Below, piece by piece: positions 53,966-57,655 of a stretch of DNA of 57,655 bases (its first letter is position 1; the number at the start of each line of letters is the position of its first letter). Made by a program: the position numbers and the translations under genes. Origin of the DNA: Octopus sinensis (Eukaryota). The notes below the pieces were generated by a model. That model was not told where the DNA came from, ran no database searches, and worked only from the letters and a program-made list of their open reading frames with translations. The DNA lies in the NCBI RefSeq assembly GCF_006345805.1, contig NW_021833604.1:1-57655 (forward strand), in the 5' to 3' direction.

Positions 53966-54456
53966 CTGTCACCATTTCGGATCAATCAATATCGACTAAT
54001 AATAAAATGGCCGCATATCATTCTAGTGATTCACACAGTTGCGGCAGGTTTATGTTGTTATGTCGTGTCATCTCAGAAATAAATTGGAAAATTCTTTTGT
54101 GTCCTTCCAACAGAGAATTTTTTTTTTTTGTTCCTTTTCCTTCCTTCCTATTGTCTCAAAAGAAAATATCTCCTTGGCAACCAACCTAAGCCAACTGGCC
54201 ATCATGCACAGAACGACTTTATATTCGGTGGCGCACTCCACAAATACTTACCGTTTCTTTCCGCCAAAGATCAAAGAAACACGTTTGGATTGCTGCTTAC
54301 GTCATCGCTATCTTCAGTCTCAGGCCTTGTCGATACACAAACTCGAGCCAAAACTCAAGAGATGCTTCTACTTGTTTGGATATATGTAAGGAAATTTGAG
54401 AGGAAAACAGTGGAATGGAAGGTGGGAGATATTACGACAGGGTCTTTTACTGTTTG

Positions 54457-54493
<37 letters not shown>

Positions 54494-54822
54494 TTTGAAG
54501 TTTCATTGACCCGAGATTGGTGAACGAAACTTCTAAGGCTCGTACGGTGGGTGATTTCTTGAAGTTTGATTTGGGTTTCTATTTGTGGCTTGTACTTGTG
54601 GTCTTTCATTAATTATTTTCGTCAGTACCACATGACTATTATCGTCATCTAATTCATTACTACCATCATCATCATCATCATTATCATCATAATCATGATC
54701 ATCATCATCTTCATCATCAACCTCATAATCATGATCATCGTCACCATCTTTATCATCCTCGCCATCAACAATAGCATCATTATCGCTTCATTAAAATATT
54801 GATGAAGATAATGGTTATGATA

Positions 54823-54864
<42 letters not shown>

Positions 54865-54889
54865 CATCATCATCATCATCATCATCATT

Positions 54890-55905
54890 ATTTACTTTTA
54901 ATCTACATGTTTGTTACAATCACTTGCCGAGACACACCCAGCGTCCTAGGGCGAGTGAAGGATAAGTGATGTTACAGTACGACTGAACGCTTGGGGAGGG
55001 GAGAAGGCAGGGGCAGTGGCGAAATATCGACACAGACATTTAAATAGATAGGGTTTTTATAAGGATATGAGCAGTACTTGTCAGCACAATCTTTGGGATT
55101 TTCTGAGACATGGTTCTCCTAGGATATTATCTAGATGTTTCTTGTATCCCTTTCTTATCATACCTAGGGCACCCACAATAATAGGAACAGTTCTCGCTTT
55201 AAGATGCCACATCTTTTGTATTACAATTTCCATGACCTTATATTTACTTAATTTGTTAAATTCCTTGACAGATATATTTTTATCAGTGGGAACACTTACA
55301 TTAGTCTACAAATATTTTCTTCCCTGTCTTTAATGACTATGTCTGGTCGATTAGCGTAGATAGTTCTGTCGGTGTTGACTGGAAAATCTCAGAGGACAGT
55401 AACATTTTTACCTTCAACGTCTGGCTCAGGATGATGTTCATGTCAGTAAGCAAGAGTGTTGATTTTGTAGTGTTTACGTATTTTCCAATGTAAATACTCT
55501 CCTACCCTAACGTGGTGATTTTTATATTCGTTTGGTGTCAGCACAGGACATTCCGAGACGAGATGGTCTATTGTTTCGTCAAATGTATCGCAGAATCTGC
55601 ATTTAGGATCAAAACTGTTTTAAAGAACGTTAGCCTGGTAGTTTTTGCAAAGCAAGCTTTCGTCTTCCGCCGCTAATATGAAACCTCCAGCCTCTACTTT
55701 CAATTCTGAACTTCTCAACCTCTGATGGGTTGTTGCTTGATCTACATCAGCTATTCGGTTTCGAAGAATATACTGTCCATGCAGAGGCTTCTGACTCCAC
55801 TGCTTCTCAATTCGTTTCTGTCCGTTCTTTTTTGCAGTCTGTTTGCTCCGTTTTGCGTGATTGGTGGTAGTGGTTTCAGGTTCTTCATCTAAATCAGGAT
55901 TGTTG
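54890..55905 (-). mobile_element. 5'-truncated decayed R4/Dong-like LINE (older copy)
   Basis: QKPLHGQY...CRFCDTFDETIDHLVSECPVL (CCHC)...ANRPDIVIKDRE...KEFNKLSKY..TVPIIVGALG (PD-(D/E)xK endonuclease); stops and frameshifts; 3' UTR and (TAA/TGA)n tail. Confidence 0.9.
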
Positions 55906-55920
55906 TTATTATTATTATTA

Positions 55921-57434
55921 TTCAGTAGTTTTCTTTTTATAGCGTGCTTTCACTTCACTACCGAGCGCAGCTCTGTGTGCCTTGGGTATGTGCTGTGATT
56001 TGTTGTGATGCTCTGATGGTTATTGTATGGAAAGTGTTCTGTGTAGGATGTGTGCAGTGCCTAGTAGTGCAATTTTCTGTATGTTATATGTGTTTGTAAG
56101 TCCTGGTATTTTTGTTATGTATTTGTCTGAATATTTTTTTATCATGCCTAATGCACCTACTATGATAGGAATTGTTTCTGTTTTTAGATTCCACATTCTG
56201 GTTACCTCTATTTCCAGGTCTTTGTATTTTGAGAGTTTCTCCATTTCTTTGAGAGACACGTTGTCATCTGCCCGTATTGATACATCAATTAGAAAGCATT
56301 TTTCTTCTTCGTGATCTCTGAGAACTATATCTGGTCTGTTGGCCTTAATTTCTCTATCTGTGTGTATCGGCATATCCCAGAGTATGGTTGCTTTCTCGTT
56401 TTCTGGTGACCTTTTCTGGTGTGTGCCTATACCATCTTTTTGTTGTTATTCCATAATGTTGGCATAGCTTCCAATGTATGTAGGTTCCAACTCTGTCATG
56501 TCTGTGAATATATTCCTTCTTAGCCAGGACTGGGCAGCTAGAGATATATGATTTATTGTTTCTTGTCCATCTCCACATATTCTGCAGTTACTTGTTATAT
56601 TTCTTTTCATTACATGTTTTTGGTAATTTCTGGTGGGAGGCTTTGGTCTTGTGCTGCAATAAAAATCCCTCTGTTTCTGCTTTGAAGTCCTGAGCTTCTC
56701 AACCATTGCTGGGATGTTTCTTTGTCTATTTCTTTTGCATTTAGTTTAGTCCAGTATTTACCATGAAGGGGCTTTTCTTGCCATCGTTTTATCATGGTTC
56801 GTTGCTGTTCTATTTTTAGTTGGATTTCATTTGTTTTATAGCTTTTGTTGTTTTCTTCTTCTTCTTCTTCTTCTTCTTCTTCTTCTTCGTCTTCTTCTTC
56901 TTCTTCTTCTTCTTCTTCTTCTTCTTCTTCTTCTTCTTCTTCTTCTTCTTCTTCTTCTCTTCTTCTTCTTCTTCTCTCTTCTTCTTCTTCTTCTTCTTCT
57001 TCTTCTCATATTTATTAGGCGGTATGATTTCTTGTTTGTATTTGTCAGCTTCCTTAAATACTGACAACAGTTTTTTTGTTTTGCTCGTGTTTTGCCGCTA
57101 TTTGTATCAGTTTTCTTTCCTTCTGAAGTAGATATTTTTGCAGTCCTATGGTGGTTATTTTATAGTAGTTTTCCAGCTGTATAAGGCCTCTACCACCTTC
57201 TATACGTTGTATATATAGTCTTTCTATGTCAGATTTTGGGTGATGCATCCTAGATCCTGTCATTATTTTTCTTGTTTTCCTATCTATTTTGGTCAGTTCA
57301 TTTAGTGTCCAGTTAAGGATATTGTAGCTGTAACTTATAACTGCGACAGCTAAAGTGTTAATACCTATTATCTTGTTTTTAGCATTGAGCTCTGTTTTTA
57401 GTATTGATCTAACTCGTCTATAATATTCTTTTTT
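55921..57434 (-). mobile_element. 5'-truncated R4/Dong-like LINE (younger copy), frameshifted, with internal (GAA)n expansion
   Basis: EYYRRVRSILKTELN...HPKSDIERLY...GGRGL (post-RT region), KPLHGKY, CRICGDGQETINHI..CPVLAKKEYIHRHD, ANRPDIVLRD..CFLIDVS..EKLSKY..IVGALG..QKIALLGTAHIL; (TAA)n at both ends. Confidence 0.95.
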
Positions 57435-57447
57435 TATTATTATTATT

Positions 57448-57560
57448 TTTTTTTCTTCTTTCAAATTTTCTTCCATTTCTGCGAGTGTCTTCCCGACTCC
57501 TAGGGCAAAGAACTCATAGTGTATATTAGTAGGCCATTAAACCAAACTCAGTAGTTTTCG
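57448..57560 (-). mobile_element. Probable 3' UTR of a further R4-like LINE
   Basis: GCCCTAGGA..GGG..CTCGCA motif resembles the 3' UTR at 54920-54960; ends in an A-rich/(TAA) tail. Confidence 0.4.
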
Positions 57561-57655
57561 TTCATTTTTTTTTTTTTTTTTTTTTAAGTTAAATTAAAAT
57601 GCATGAGCAGCAACAGTTCTCACATCGACAATGCTCTTCTCAATACGTGTGATGT

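Noticed and set aside
53197-54189. Long poly-T/V/S/L ORFs
   Set aside because: (AGT/ACT)n microsatellite read-throughs.
56020-57476. ORFs 56020..56373 and 57054..57476 as host genes
   Set aside because: They are frameshifted pieces of the truncated R4/Dong-like LINE, which lacks the RT core.

Overview
AT-rich eukaryotic, repeat-dominated DNA with no complete protein-coding gene. It is most likely intronic or intergenic sequence of an octopus or other cephalopod (inference from three abundant tRNA-headed SINE families plus extreme microsatellite density). Nearly all ORFs in the supplied track are microsatellite or SINE read-throughs. Supported content: about 35 SINE copies or fragments; decayed R4/Dong-like (restriction-like endonuclease) LINEs repeatedly flanked by (TAA)n, including a stack at the right end; RTE-type LINE 3' ends; a Tc1 fragment, a full-length decayed mariner and a DD41D (rosa-type) element carrying a nested MITE; a 395-bp non-autonomous Helitron whose empty site is also in the window; and a 40-bp minisatellite. 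The most interesting signals are RNA structures. There is a near-canonical minimal type-I hammerhead ribozyme at 38706-38751 with a degenerate inverted twin, further hammerhead-like motifs from two other families, a near-perfect 67-bp-arm hairpin, SINE concatemers with a recurrent junction, and tRNA-derived remnants embedded in a repeated module. A few short candidate host exons are reported at low confidence. SINE and microsatellite boundaries are approximate, and no database searches were run.
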